Assembly: GCA_963746545.1 (NCBI GenBank)
Contig: CAVVBV010000029.1
Coordinates: 210,163-274,162 of the forward strand
DNA: 64,000 nucleotides
Source: an uncultured Gammaproteobacteria bacterium
GTDB taxonomy: Bacteria > Pseudomonadota > Gammaproteobacteria > Steroidobacterales > Steroidobacteraceae
Direction: 5' to 3'
Below, piece after piece: positions 46,924 through 56,592 of the stretch. Position numbers and translations under genes: made by a program. Each line of letters opens with the position of its first letter. Position 1 is the stretch's first letter. The notes under the pieces are model-generated. The model was not told the origin of the DNA. It was given only the letters and a program-made list of their open reading frames with translations, and did no database searches.

Positions 46924-47376
46924 CTAGATCTCGTCGGGCGTGATGGCGAGGCGCAGCACGACCTCGATCGCATCTTCCCGCCTGCGATTGCGGATCCACC
47001 AGACTGCGCCCTTGGCCAAGTGCCAGCTGGCTGCACGGCCGGACAGGAGTTCAGCCGCAATCTCCCCGAGTGTTGGCTGGTGGCCGACGACGAGCACTGA
47101 GCAGTCGGAATCCGGCCAGCCGCTCGCCGCGAGAATCGCCGACGCAGGCTGACCCACGCCGACAGCCTCGAGTGTCTCGAATTCCCTCTGCAATGCGCGC
47201 GCCGTCTGCTGGGCCCTCAATGCCGGCGAGACGAGTATCCGCAAGTCCCCAGGCAGCCTGGACTCCAGCCATCGCGCCATGGCGCGGGCTTGCTTTCTGC
47301 CTTTCTCGGTCAATGGCCGCGCCGAATCGGGCTGGCCATCCGCGGCATCGGCATGGCGCCAGAGGATCAGATCCAT
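46924..47376 (-). CDS. sixA: Phosphohistidine phosphatase SixA
   Basis: 150 aa. LILWRHADA...RPLTEKGRKQA (RHG-type phosphatase motif). Lies adjacent to ppx. Confidence 0.8.
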   Translation of the reverse strand: MDLILWRHADAADGQPDSARPLTEKGRKQARAMARWLESRLPGDLRILVSPALRAQQTARALQREFETLEAVGVGQPASAILAASGWPDSDCSVLVVGHQPTLGEIAAELLSGRAASWHLAKGAVWWIRNRRREDAIEVVLRLAITPDEI

Positions 47377-47382
47377 GACAGG

Positions 47383-48870
47383 TCAGGACATGCGCCGGAT
47401 CGCAAGCTGACGCCCGATCGTTTCCCACTGGCGCGCCTCCGATTCGAGCGCGGCAGCCGTCAACGCATTGCGTGCGAGCCAGGAGCGCGGCAACTCGAGC
47501 GAGAATCGCGACTCGTTGATTGTCACCTTGAACGCCGGCAGTCGCACGCTCGTGCGACGGCGCAACAGCGTTGACGCGAGCCGCAGCGCGAATACGAGCG
47601 GCCAGTCCGGATCCTCCAGGCCATCGCCCTTCATCTTCTCGAGCTTGCCGCGATGCGCGAGCACGATGCGCGCGAGCCGCTGCTGCTCGATTCGCGAGAA
47701 GCCAGGCATATCGGCGTTCGAGAGCACATAGGCCGAGTGCTTGTGGTACTGGGCATGGGCGATGGAGAGTCCGACTTCCGCCAGACGCGCAGCCCAGTCG
47801 AGCAGCATGCGATCCGGATCGTCTTCGCGGCCGCCTTCCGGCGCCAGCTGGTCGTAGATGCGCAACGCGAGATCGCGCACTCGCACGGACTGGGCGGCGT
47901 CCACCTGATAACGGCGCGTGAATTGCGACACCGTGGCCTCGCGCATGTCGTGATGCTGCACGCGGCCGAGCAGGTCGTAGAGCACGCCGTGGCGCAGGGC
48001 GGCCTCGGAGATGCTCATCTCCCCGATGTCGAGTTCCTCGAAAACCGCGTACATGATGGCGAATCCGCCAGGCAGTACCGCCGCGCGTCCCGGCTTGAGG
48101 CCGGCGATCCGTTCCGGGTCGGCGCTTCCGACTTTGATCAGCAGATCACGCAGGCGCTCCAGCCCTTCGCGCGTGATGCCGTGTGAGGCAAACTCGTTCG
48201 CGCCGAGGATGTTCTCGATGGTGCGCGCCGACCCTGATGAGCCCAGGGCTTCCTTCCAGCCGGAACGGCGATAACTGCGCGCAACGATGGCAAGTTCCTG
48301 GCGTGCCTCGAGCACCGCCGCCTTCAGGCTGCGCTTCTCGATCCGCGAGTCGGGGAAATGCCGCAGGCTGGAACTGACGGAGCCCATGTAGAGGCTTTCC
48401 ATCAGGCGCGGTTTCAGGCCCTCTCCCACGATCAGCTCGGTCGAGCCGCCACCGATGTCCACGATCAGTCGCCGATGCTCGGCAGGCGGCAGCGAATGGG
48501 CGACACCGAGGTAGATCAGGCGCGCTTCCTCGCGCCCGGCAATGACCTCGATCGGGAAGCCCAGTACCTCACGCGCCTCGCGCAGGAAGGCGGGTGCGTT
48601 CTTTGCGATCCTGAGCGCATTGGTGCCGACGGCCCGGACCGCGTCACGCGGCAGGCCGCGTAGGCGCTCGCGGAACCGCGCGAGGGTTTCCAGCGCGCGC
48701 GCCTGGCTGGCTCGATCGAGGCGCTTGTCGGCGGTCAGCCCTGCGCCGAGCTGGACCTGTTCGCGCAACGCGTCGAGCGGATAGATCTGGCCGTCGACGA
48801 CGCGCCCGATCTGGAGGTGGAAACTGTTGGATCCGAGGTCGACCGCGGCGAGGGTTTCGTGGCGCGCCAT
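47383..48870 (-). CDS. ppx: Exopolyphosphatase / GppA-family phosphatase
   Basis: 495 aa from MARHETLAAVDLGSNSFHLQIGR. Ppx/GppA blocks DIGGGSTELI and an HD-like C-terminal half. The upstream part of the 749-aa track ORF was dropped. Confidence 0.85.
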   Translation of the reverse strand: MARHETLAAVDLGSNSFHLQIGRVVDGQIYPLDALREQVQLGAGLTADKRLDRASQARALETLARFRERLRGLPRDAVRAVGTNALRIAKNAPAFLREAREVLGFPIEVIAGREEARLIYLGVAHSLPPAEHRRLIVDIGGGSTELIVGEGLKPRLMESLYMGSVSSSLRHFPDSRIEKRSLKAAVLEARQELAIVARSYRRSGWKEALGSSGSARTIENILGANEFASHGITREGLERLRDLLIKVGSADPERIAGLKPGRAAVLPGGFAIMYAVFEELDIGEMSISEAALRHGVLYDLLGRVQHHDMREATVSQFTRRYQVDAAQSVRVRDLALRIYDQLAPEGGREDDPDRMLLDWAARLAEVGLSIAHAQYHKHSAYVLSNADMPGFSRIEQQRLARIVLAHRGKLEKMKGDGLEDPDWPLVFALRLASTLLRRRTSVRLPAFKVTINESRFSLELPRSWLARNALTAAALESEARQWETIGRQLAIRRMS

Positions 48871-48943
48871 GCGCCCGGACGGTAACACCCGGCTGCCGGG
48901 CCCGTAAACCCGCGTTGTCACGCAAGTGTAACCTGCACACACG

Positions 48944-51046
48944 ATGCTCCGTCGACGCATGAGCGACCGCGCGAACCGGATACCGCTGCTGAACCGCGAG
49001 CTAGGCATGCTCGCGTTCAATCGCCGCGTACTGGCCCAGGCGGCGGACGATAACTTGCCGCTGCTCGAGCGCCTGCGGTTCCTGACCATCGTTTCCTCGA
49101 ACCTGGACGAGTTCTTCGAAATCCGCGTGGCTGGGCTCAAGGAGCAAATCAAGCTCGGCTTCACCGATGCCGGCCCGGATGGCATGACGCCGAAAGAGGT
49201 CTTCGCCGTCGTGACCAAGGAGGCGCGGTCCCTGTTCACCGAGCAATACGACCTGTTGAATGACGTGCTCCTGCCGGCACTGGCCGGGACCGGTGTGCGG
49301 TTCCTGCGTCGCGATACCTGGACCGAGGGCCAGAAAGCCTGGGTACACGAATACTTCGCGCGTGAAGTATTGCCCGTTCTGACGCCCATCGGGCTCGATC
49401 CCGCACATCCTTTCCCGCGCCTGTTCAACAAGAGCCTCAATTTCGTCGTCGAACTGGAGGGGCGGGATGCCTTCGGCCGCGTGTCGCGCATCGCGATCGT
49501 GCAGGCCCCGCGGATGCTGCCGCGCGTGATCCGGCTGCCCGCGGCCATCGTGAAGGACGAGCACGCCTTCGTGTTCCTGACCTCGGTGATGCACGCGCAT
49601 GTGGACGAGTTGTTCGCCGGGATGACCGTCAAGGGCTGCTACCAGTTCCGCGTCACCAGGAATTCGGACCTGTTCGTCGACGAGGAAGAAATCAAGAATC
49701 TGCGCATCGCCCTGCAGGGCGAGCTCTTGCAGCGCCATTTCGGCGATGCCGTGCGCCTGGAGGTCGTGGACCAGTGCTCGCAACCGATGATCGAGTTCCT
49801 GCTCCAGCAGTTCGCGCTCGACGAGCAGGACCTCTATCGCGTGGACGGGCCCGTCAACCTGTATCGGCTTCGCGAAGTGCTGGCCCAGATCGATCGCCCG
49901 GATCTCAAGTACCCGCTATTCGTCCAGTCCGTGCCGGCGGCGCTTGAGATGGGGGACAAGGACCTGTTCGAGACGATCTCGCGCAATGACGTGCTGCTGC
50001 ACCATCCCTTCCAGTCATTCGCGCCGGTGCTCGACTTCATCCGCGCGAGCGCCGTGGATCCACGCGTGGTTGCGATCAAGCAGACGGTGTACCGGACCGG
50101 CGCCGATTCCGAGCTGATGCAGGTGCTGATCGACGCAGCCCGTGCCGGCAAGGAAGTCACGGTAGTGGTCGAGCTGATGGCGCGCTTCGATGAGGAGGCC
50201 AATCTCCGCTGGGCCGCGCGGCTCGAAGAAGTCGGTGCGCACGTGATCTATGGCGTCGTTGCGCACAAGACCCACGCAAAAATGGCGCTGATCGTGCGCC
50301 GCGAAACGGGGCCGGATGGCGCGGTGCTGAAACGCTATGCGCATCTCGGCACCGGCAACTATCACTCCGCGACCACGCGCCAATACACGGATTTCGGCCT
50401 GCTGACCGCCAATGAAGAAGTCTGCCGCGACGTCAACGAGGTCTTCAAGCAGCTGACGGGCCTCGGGCGCGCCAGCAAGCTGAAGCATGTCTGGCAGTCG
50501 CCGTTCACGCTGCACAAGCGCATCGTGGAGGCGATCCGGAACGAAGCGCGCATCGCTGGGGAAGGCCGGCCGGCGCGCATCATCGCCAAGATGAATGCGC
50601 TGCTCGAACCTGGAATCATCGAGGCGCTGTATTCCGCGTCTCGCGCCGGCGTGAAAATCGACCTGATCGTGCGCGCGATGTGCGCGCTGAAGCCCGGCGT
50701 CCCGGGACTGTCGGAAAACATCTCGGTGCGCTCGATCGTCGGGCGCTTCCTCGAACACACGCGCATATTCTGCTTCCGCAATGACGGCGCCAACGACGTC
50801 TATCTTTCGAGCGCCGACTGGATGGACCGCAATTTCTTCCGTCGCATCGAACTGTGCTTCCCGGTGCTGGACCCGAAGTTGAAACGGCGCGTGATCCGCG
50901 AGGGCCTGCAGCCATATCTTGAAGACAACAGCCAGGCCTGGGTCATGGACGGGGACGGGGGCTTCCGGCGCCTGAAGCCGAGGCGTGGCAAGCGCCGCGC
51001 CGCGCAGGAAGAACTGCTGTCACTGCTGGCGACTGGCGGCAGTTGA
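48944..51046 (+). CDS. ppk: Polyphosphate kinase 1
   Basis: 700 aa. NRELGMLAFNRRVLAQA, and the two PLD-like HKD regions (...HAKMALIVRRE... and ...FLEHTRIFCF...). Divergent from ppx. Confidence 0.9.
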   Translation: MLRRRMSDRANRIPLLNRELGMLAFNRRVLAQAADDNLPLLERLRFLTIVSSNLDEFFEIRVAGLKEQIKLGFTDAGPDGMTPKEVFAVVTKEARSLFTEQYDLLNDVLLPALAGTGVRFLRRDTWTEGQKAWVHEYFAREVLPVLTPIGLDPAHPFPRLFNKSLNFVVELEGRDAFGRVSRIAIVQAPRMLPRVIRLPAAIVKDEHAFVFLTSVMHAHVDELFAGMTVKGCYQFRVTRNSDLFVDEEEIKNLRIALQGELLQRHFGDAVRLEVVDQCSQPMIEFLLQQFALDEQDLYRVDGPVNLYRLREVLAQIDRPDLKYPLFVQSVPAALEMGDKDLFETISRNDVLLHHPFQSFAPVLDFIRASAVDPRVVAIKQTVYRTGADSELMQVLIDAARAGKEVTVVVELMARFDEEANLRWAARLEEVGAHVIYGVVAHKTHAKMALIVRRETGPDGAVLKRYAHLGTGNYHSATTRQYTDFGLLTANEEVCRDVNEVFKQLTGLGRASKLKHVWQSPFTLHKRIVEAIRNEARIAGEGRPARIIAKMNALLEPGIIEALYSASRAGVKIDLIVRAMCALKPGVPGLSENISVRSIVGRFLEHTRIFCFRNDGANDVYLSSADWMDRNFFRRIELCFPVLDPKLKRRVIREGLQPYLEDNSQAWVMDGDGGFRRLKPRRGKRRAAQEELLSLLATGGS

Positions 51047-51056
51047 AATGATTGAT

Positions 51057-51106
51057 GCCGGGTCGCAGTTTCGCAGTTGCTGTTAACTGCGAAACTGCGA
51101 CCCGGC
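51057..51106. terminator. Perfect 22-bp-stem hairpin between convergent ppk and ggt (bidirectional terminator candidate)
   Basis: GCCGGGTCGCAGTTTCGCAGTT, loop GCTGTT, then AACTGCGAAACTGCGACCCGGC. There is no clear U-tract on either strand. Confidence 0.5.
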
Positions 51107-51123
51107 ACCGTCTTCCCGGTCCG

Positions 51124-52842
51124 TTAGTGCAAGATCCTGAACACGCCTTCGCGCCGCGGGTCGGCCGCGCCTTCGCTCTTGCCGTCAGCATGCAGCACGA
51201 TGCCGTGCAGTCCCGACTCCTCGCCGCGGCCGGATTTCACGGTAATGCCGCGCGCCGCGAGCCCGGCGACGATCTCCGGCGACAGCTTCGCGACTTCGCC
51301 GAAATAGTCGTCGCCGCGCGCGACCAGGTTCGGCAGGTTGATGGCCTGCTGCAGCGGCAACTTCCAGGCGAGCAGGCCGACCAGCGTCTTCGCGTTGTAG
51401 GCGAGGATCGCCGTGCCGCCCGGCGAGCCGAGCGCGGCGACCACGTGTCCGTCGTGATCGAGCACGATGACCGGCGCCATCGAGGAGCGCGGGCGCTTGC
51501 CGCCGGCAACCGCGTTCGCGACCGGCTGACCGTCGATCACCGGGCGGTAGGAAAAATCGGTCAGCTGGTTGTTCAGCATGAAGCCGCCGACTGCGCGCCC
51601 CGAACCGAACAAGGATTCGACGGTAGTTGTCATCGAAGCAACATTTCCTTGAGCATCCACCACCACAAAATGAGATGTACCTGCCGCCTCGTTGGAGGCA
51701 TCCGCTCCTCGTTGGATCGGCGCTGGCTGACCGGCAGCCGGGGCGGGACCTGCAACTGCGCCGATCAACGAGGTCCGCGTGGCCACATATCCGGGGTCGA
51801 GCATCCCCGCGACAGGAACGTCGATGAAAGCAGGATCGGCGACATAGCGATCGCGGTCCGCATACATGATCCGGCTCGCCTCGGCGAACAAGAACCAGGC
51901 CTGCGGATCGCCCGGCCCGCGCGTGGCGATGTCCGTGCGATCGAGGATGGCGAGCAGTTGCAGCAGCGACACGCCGGACGATGGCGGCGGCGGCACGCAG
52001 ACGACGTACACGAGATACGGCCCGCACAGCGGATCGCCGATGCGCGGCTGATAAGCGTCGAAGTCAGCGGCCGCGAGCGTACCCGGGCGCGGCTCGGCAT
52101 GCGTGCGCGCGATGATCGCGTCGCGGATCGGCGCTTCGAGCAGGGCGCGCGGACCGCGGGCGGCGACCTGCCGCAGCGTCGCGGCATAAGCAGTGTTCGT
52201 CAGGCGATCGCCGATCTGCAGCGGCTTTCCGTCAGCATCGGAAAAGAGCGCGCGCACGTCCGGCTCCGCCGCCTGCGGCCAGGAACCGTTGACGTAGCGC
52301 CCGAGCCGTTGCGGCACGGGGACTCCGGACTCGGCAGCGCGGATCGCGGGATCGAACAATGCTTGCCAGGGCAGGGCGCCATGGCGCGCATGCACGGCGC
52401 CCAGCATCGCGATCGCCCCTGGCACGCCGGTCGAGCGCCCGGAGAGCACCGCGCGCTCATAGGAAAGCGGCTCGCCCGTTACATCGAGGAACATGTCGGG
52501 TGTCGCACCCTTCGGCGCGGCTTCGCGTCCGTCGAAGGCGGTGATCTTCGAAGTCGCCGCGTCGTAATACAGCAGGAATCCGCCGCCGCCGAGGCCGGAA
52601 CTCTGCGGCTCGACGAGGCCCAGCATCGCCTGCACGGCGACCGCGGCATCCGCGGCATTGCCGCCGGCCGCCAGCACTTCGAGGCCGGCGTCCACGGCCA
52701 GCGGATTTGCGGCGGCAATTCCGGCCTCGCGTACGGGCGGTGCTTCGCCCTGTGCGGGCAGCTGCGCGCAGGCCGTCAGGCACACCGCGAGGCAGGCGGC
52801 GGCGATCGGCACGGCGATGCGAAATGCGAATCTCATCTTCAT
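51124..52842 (-). CDS. ggt: Gamma-glutamyltransferase
   Basis: 572 aa from MKMRFAF (ATGA overlap with the upstream anti-sigma gene stop). Lipoprotein-type signal ...LTAC, GGGGFLLYYD, and the autoprocessing/nucleophile site AAGTSHFVVVD. Confidence 0.85.
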   Translation of the reverse strand: MKMRFAFRIAVPIAAACLAVCLTACAQLPAQGEAPPVREAGIAAANPLAVDAGLEVLAAGGNAADAAVAVQAMLGLVEPQSSGLGGGGFLLYYDAATSKITAFDGREAAPKGATPDMFLDVTGEPLSYERAVLSGRSTGVPGAIAMLGAVHARHGALPWQALFDPAIRAAESGVPVPQRLGRYVNGSWPQAAEPDVRALFSDADGKPLQIGDRLTNTAYAATLRQVAARGPRALLEAPIRDAIIARTHAEPRPGTLAAADFDAYQPRIGDPLCGPYLVYVVCVPPPPSSGVSLLQLLAILDRTDIATRGPGDPQAWFLFAEASRIMYADRDRYVADPAFIDVPVAGMLDPGYVATRTSLIGAVAGPAPAAGQPAPIQRGADASNEAAGTSHFVVVDAQGNVASMTTTVESLFGSGRAVGGFMLNNQLTDFSYRPVIDGQPVANAVAGGKRPRSSMAPVIVLDHDGHVVAALGSPGGTAILAYNAKTLVGLLAWKLPLQQAINLPNLVARGDDYFGEVAKLSPEIVAGLAARGITVKSGRGEESGLHGIVLHADGKSEGAADPRREGVFRILH

Positions 52843-53594
52843 GGCGTCGGCCCGGGTCGCCATCCGGCATTGCGTGCCGCGATCTCGGACGGCGCATCGA
52901 AGGGCTCACCTTCGATCGACGCATCGACTGCCCGCAGAACCGCCATCGGCATCGAGGCCGCACCGCGCAACTCGCCGTCCTGCGGCGCCGCCGCGGCAAG
53001 CACCTGCAGCTTCCATTCTTCGCCACTGCGGCAGGCGAGGCCCGCGAGCGGCCCTTCCTGCTGCAACCGGAACGTGCGGCAGTTAGCACCGCCGTGATCG
53101 CGGAAGCTCACGCCGATGCTGACTGCACCCGTGCCTTCATCGCTCGATAGCTGGCCGGTCAGGGCCCAGGCAAGTTCGCCGCGCGCGACCAGGCCTGCCT
53201 TTGTATCGGCATACGGCGCCTCCGGGCCGCGCATCACCAACATGCCGACGAAGAGCCCGAGCACCATGGCGGCCGCCATCGCGCTCCATTGCGGCAGCAC
53301 CCAGCGCTTCGGCGACACCGCCGGCTGCGATTCGGATTGCGCGTTGCGCCGTGCAGCGAGATCGACGACCGGTGCCGCGACCTTGGGCGTGACCAGGCTC
53401 GAGAGCTTCAATGGAATCGGCTCCTGCAGCACGCTGCCGTACGCCGCCTGCACGCGCGAGCGCAAGGCACGATGCTGCTCGACGGCGCGCCGGATCTCAG
53501 GGTCGGTCGCCATCGCACTTTCGATTTCGGCGCGCGAAACGAGATCGAGCTCGCCGTCCGCGTAGGCCATCAGCATTTCGTCGGAGAATTTCAT
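52839..53594 (-). CDS. Anti-sigma factor (single-pass membrane)
   Basis: 251 aa. The N-terminal MKFSDEMLMAYADGELD... anti-sigma domain, a central TM (WSAMAAAMVLGLFVGMLVM) and a periplasmic C-terminal domain. ATGA-type overlap with the upstream ECF sigma gene. Confidence 0.6.
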   Translation of the reverse strand: MKFSDEMLMAYADGELDLVSRAEIESAMATDPEIRRAVEQHRALRSRVQAAYGSVLQEPIPLKLSSLVTPKVAAPVVDLAARRNAQSESQPAVSPKRWVLPQWSAMAAAMVLGLFVGMLVMRGPEAPYADTKAGLVARGELAWALTGQLSSDEGTGAVSIGVSFRDHGGANCRTFRLQQEGPLAGLACRSGEEWKLQVLAAAAPQDGELRGAASMPMAVLRAVDASIEGEPFDAPSEIAARNAGWRPGPTP

Positions 53595-54103
53595 CGTGGG
53601 GTCTCCCGCCCATCATCCAGCATCGCCTGCAGCGCGTCACGGCCTCGCGCGAGCCTGCTGGTCAGCGTGCCGATCGGTACGCCGAGCGCTTCTGCGGCCT
53701 CCTTGTATGAGAGGCCCTCGACCAGGACGAGCGCAACTGCGAGGCGCTGTTCGTCGGGCAGGCGCGCCATCGCCGCCTGGATCGAGAGCGCCGTATCGCG
53801 GTCCTCGGCCGAGCGGTCGCCGACATCGAGGCCGGCCTCCTCGGGCGCGAGAACGCGCCCGCGTCGGCCGCGCGCGCGAATTTCATCGACCCAGGCGTTC
53901 TTCATGATGCCGAACATCCAGCTGTCCAATCGCGACTCCGGCCGCCACTGGTCGGCATGAGTCAGCGCCTTTTCGATGGCCACCTGCACGAGGTCGTCGG
54001 CGTCCTGGACGTGGCGGGTGATTACCCGGGCGAAGCGCCGCAGCCGCGGCAGCAGCGCGCCGAGTTGTTCGCGAACGTCATCGAACGACGATGGCCTGTT
54101 CAT
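53591..54103 (-). CDS. ECF-type RNA polymerase sigma factor
   Basis: 170 aa. Region 2 (...DADDLVQVAIEKAL...WMFGIMKNAWVDEIR) and region 4 (LPDEQRLAVALVLVEGLSYKEAAEALGVPIGTLTSRLARGR). Confidence 0.85.
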   Translation of the reverse strand: MNRPSSFDDVREQLGALLPRLRRFARVITRHVQDADDLVQVAIEKALTHADQWRPESRLDSWMFGIMKNAWVDEIRARGRRGRVLAPEEAGLDVGDRSAEDRDTALSIQAAMARLPDEQRLAVALVLVEGLSYKEAAEALGVPIGTLTSRLARGRDALQAMLDDGRETPR

Positions 54104-54228
54104 GCTCTATACGTCCGGGGCGCCGCCTTTGTTCCCGTGGATGAAATGGGTCACATCGCGCGTATACAGGGAGTGAGGCTGCGCGCCGGAATGCTAGCAT
54201 TCCCGCCGGCTCGAACGGACACAGGGCC

Positions 54229-55516
54229 ATGAAACGACTGCTCAGGACCATGTGGATACTGCTGGTCGCGGCCGGTGCGGCGGCGACGGCCTCCGCGCAG
54301 ATCAGCCTGCCGGGACTGCCCGTGCCGCAGTTACCGACCGTCATCGACCCGCTCGCCGGCACGCTTCGCACGGCGCAGTCGGCAGCTGCGCACGGACGTG
54401 CGCAAGCTGCGCATCCGCGAACTGCTGCGCACGCAACGCAAGGAAGTGGAAGCCGATCCGGACGGCCAGCCGATCCTGCGCGGCCAGGTCGGCGCGCTGT
54501 CGCCGACGCCCGGGGCCCTCGCACAGGCAAGGGAGGCCGGCTTCACGGTGCTGAGCGAGGAAACGCTTTCGGGCCTCGGACTCACGATGGTCGTGCTGCA
54601 TGCGCCGGAGGGCATGTCCACGCGCCGCGCGCTGAAGCGCCTGCGCGAACTCGATCCGCAGGGCAGCTACGACTACAACCACCTGTATCTCGACAGCGGC
54701 ATTACGGGTGCGGGGGCCGCCGGGACTGCGCCGCAGTCACAGACTCCGGCCGCGCAGGGCGCAGGAGTCCGGATCGGGCTCATCGACAGCGGCGTGGACG
54801 GATCGCATCCATCGCTTGCGGGCACGACCATCCATCGCTTCGGCTGCGACGGCGCGGTGCTGCCGCAGGCGCATGGCACTGCCGTCGCATCGTTGCTGGT
54901 CGGCCAGACGGCGGATTTTCACGGCGCGATACCGGGCGCCGAACTCTATGCCGCCGATGTCTTCTGCGGAAATCCTGGCGGCTCGATTGCGCTGCTATCC
55001 ATTGCGCTCGACTGGATGGCGCGCGAGGGCGTGGCGGTCATCAACATCAGCCTGGTCGGCCCGAAGAGCGTGCTTCTGACGCAACTCGTGCGCGTGATGA
55101 ACGATCGCGGGCACCTGATGGTCGCCGCGGTCGGCAACGACGGGCCGGCGGCGCCGCCGCTTTATCCCTCGGCGTATCCGGGAGTAATCGGCGTCACCGG
55201 TGTCGATGCGAAAGAGCACGTGCTGCCCGAGGCCTGCCGCGGCGAGCACGTGGCCTACGCGGCGCCGGGCGCCGACATGCGCGCGGCCGCGCCCGGCGGC
55301 GGCTGGGCCGAAGTGCGCGGCACGTCGTTTGCCTCGCCGATCGTCGCGGGCCTGCTCGCGGCCTCGCACTCGAGCCCGGATTCGACACAGGCGCGGGCAG
55401 CGCGCGAGAAGCTCACGGCCATGGCCGTGGACCTCGGCCCGAAGGGCGTCGATACGACCTATGGCAATGGCCTCGTCGGGGCGTCTCTCCGGAACCCCCC
55501 AATAGCTGCAAATTAG
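54229..55516 (+). pseudogene. Secreted subtilisin-like (S8) serine peptidase with one +1 frameshift after the signal peptide
   Basis: The signal peptide MKRLLRTMWILLVAAGAAATASAQ... is in one frame, to ~54385. QLRTDVRKLRIRELL... and the S8 triad blocks GLIDSGVD, HGTAVASLL and GTSFASPIVAG are in the next frame. Confidence 0.65.
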
Positions 55517-55603
55517 AGCCCGGGGCAGGGAAGAAACCCCGGCCCTCCAGCGTCCTTGCTTCTGAGAGCCGCGGATGGTCCGCGGCGAAACAGGAGAAAG
55601 GCC

Positions 55604-56449
55604 ATGAAAATCAAACGTTTACTGTTCAGCGCCGCAGTCAATGCCGTGCTGTCGATGAGTTCGGTGGCCTATGCCCAGGTGCTGGGCGGCGGCGTCACCG
55701 GGGGCTTGGGCGGCTCGATCACGGGCGGCCTCGGCAACATCGGCGCGACCGGCAATGGCGCGATCAACGGCACCCTGGGCGCGGGCTCTGACGCGCTCGA
55801 CCGTACTCGCGATGCGGGCTCGCGCATTCGCAACAAGGGCGAGCAGACGGCGGCGAGTGCGCACGAGCGTGCGAGCTCAGCGGCTGCTTCGACGACGGCG
55901 ACGGCTTCGGGCGCGCTCGGCGCGACGGCGGATTCCGCTGCCGAAGCCACCAATGCCGCCTCAGCGAGCGCCGAAGCCGCAGGTAATGCGGGCTCCGACG
56001 TGACCGTTCCGAGCGGCGACCCGGCGAGCGAGGCCCCAATGCTGGACTTCTCGGGCCAGGGCAATGGCAGCGGCTCGGGCATGCTCGACCTGGGTGCGAA
56101 CCAGGCGGGGCAGCCGGCCGAAGTCGTTGACCACCCGCAGCCGTCACGGGCGCAACCCGAAGGCGGGCGCGGCGAACGGCAACAGAAGCCGGTCCACGGC
56201 TCGCCCACCGGAGCCGTTGGCCATGCGCTGATGCAGGGCCAGGGCTCGGGCAGTGCAGAGGCTTCACGCGGCGAGCCGGCGTTTGACGAACAGTCAGGCT
56301 CCGACCAGCCGCGGCAGAGCAAGCCCCGCGCGAAAGCCAAGGCCGACGGAAAGGCCAATGCAGGCGCCGACTTGCAGTCCGACGGCAATGGCAAGGCCAC
56401 GGCCAATGCCAACGCCTCCGCGGACGCGCAGGCCTCGGTCGATAAGTAA
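55604..56449 (+). CDS. Secreted low-complexity Gly/Ala/Ser/Asn-rich protein
   Basis: 281 aa from ATG 55604, preceded by CAGGAGAAAGG. Signal peptide MKIKRLLFSAAVNAVLSMSSVAYA and Gly-rich repeats GGGVTGGLGGSITGGLGNIGATGNG. No family recognised. Confidence 0.5.
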   Translation: MKIKRLLFSAAVNAVLSMSSVAYAQVLGGGVTGGLGGSITGGLGNIGATGNGAINGTLGAGSDALDRTRDAGSRIRNKGEQTAASAHERASSAAASTTATASGALGATADSAAEATNAASASAEAAGNAGSDVTVPSGDPASEAPMLDFSGQGNGSGSGMLDLGANQAGQPAEVVDHPQPSRAQPEGGRGERQQKPVHGSPTGAVGHALMQGQGSGSAEASRGEPAFDEQSGSDQPRQSKPRAKAKADGKANAGADLQSDGNGKATANANASADAQASVDK

Positions 56450-56470
56450 TGCCGGAGACCACGGCGCGAT

Positions 56471-56500
56471 GCGGCGGGGAAGGCCCCGCCGCATTTTTTT
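56471..56500 (+). terminator. Rho-independent terminator
   Basis: Stem GCGGCGGGG / CCCCGCCGC with loop AAGG, followed by ATTTTTTT. Confidence 0.65.
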
Positions 56501-56592
56501 GCGCCCCAACAACGGGTGCCGCCTGCTGCTTCCAATCGTCATCGGGAGGTGTAATCTCTGGAGCGTGGACAAGCCGTAGGAGGACCCTGCCA

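Noticed and set aside
46924-51046. The sixA-ppx / ppk arrangement as a novel phosphate-signalling unit.
   Set aside because: Divergent ppk-ppx is common in proteobacteria. The sixA adjacency is a plausible coincidence, and nothing in the sequence deviates from the ordinary.
22800-55516. Programmed ribosomal frameshifting as the explanation for the split genes.
   Set aside because: The break points lack slippery heptamers or prfB/dnaX-like contexts. They occur in unrelated enzyme families not known to use recoding, and several genes carry two breaks.
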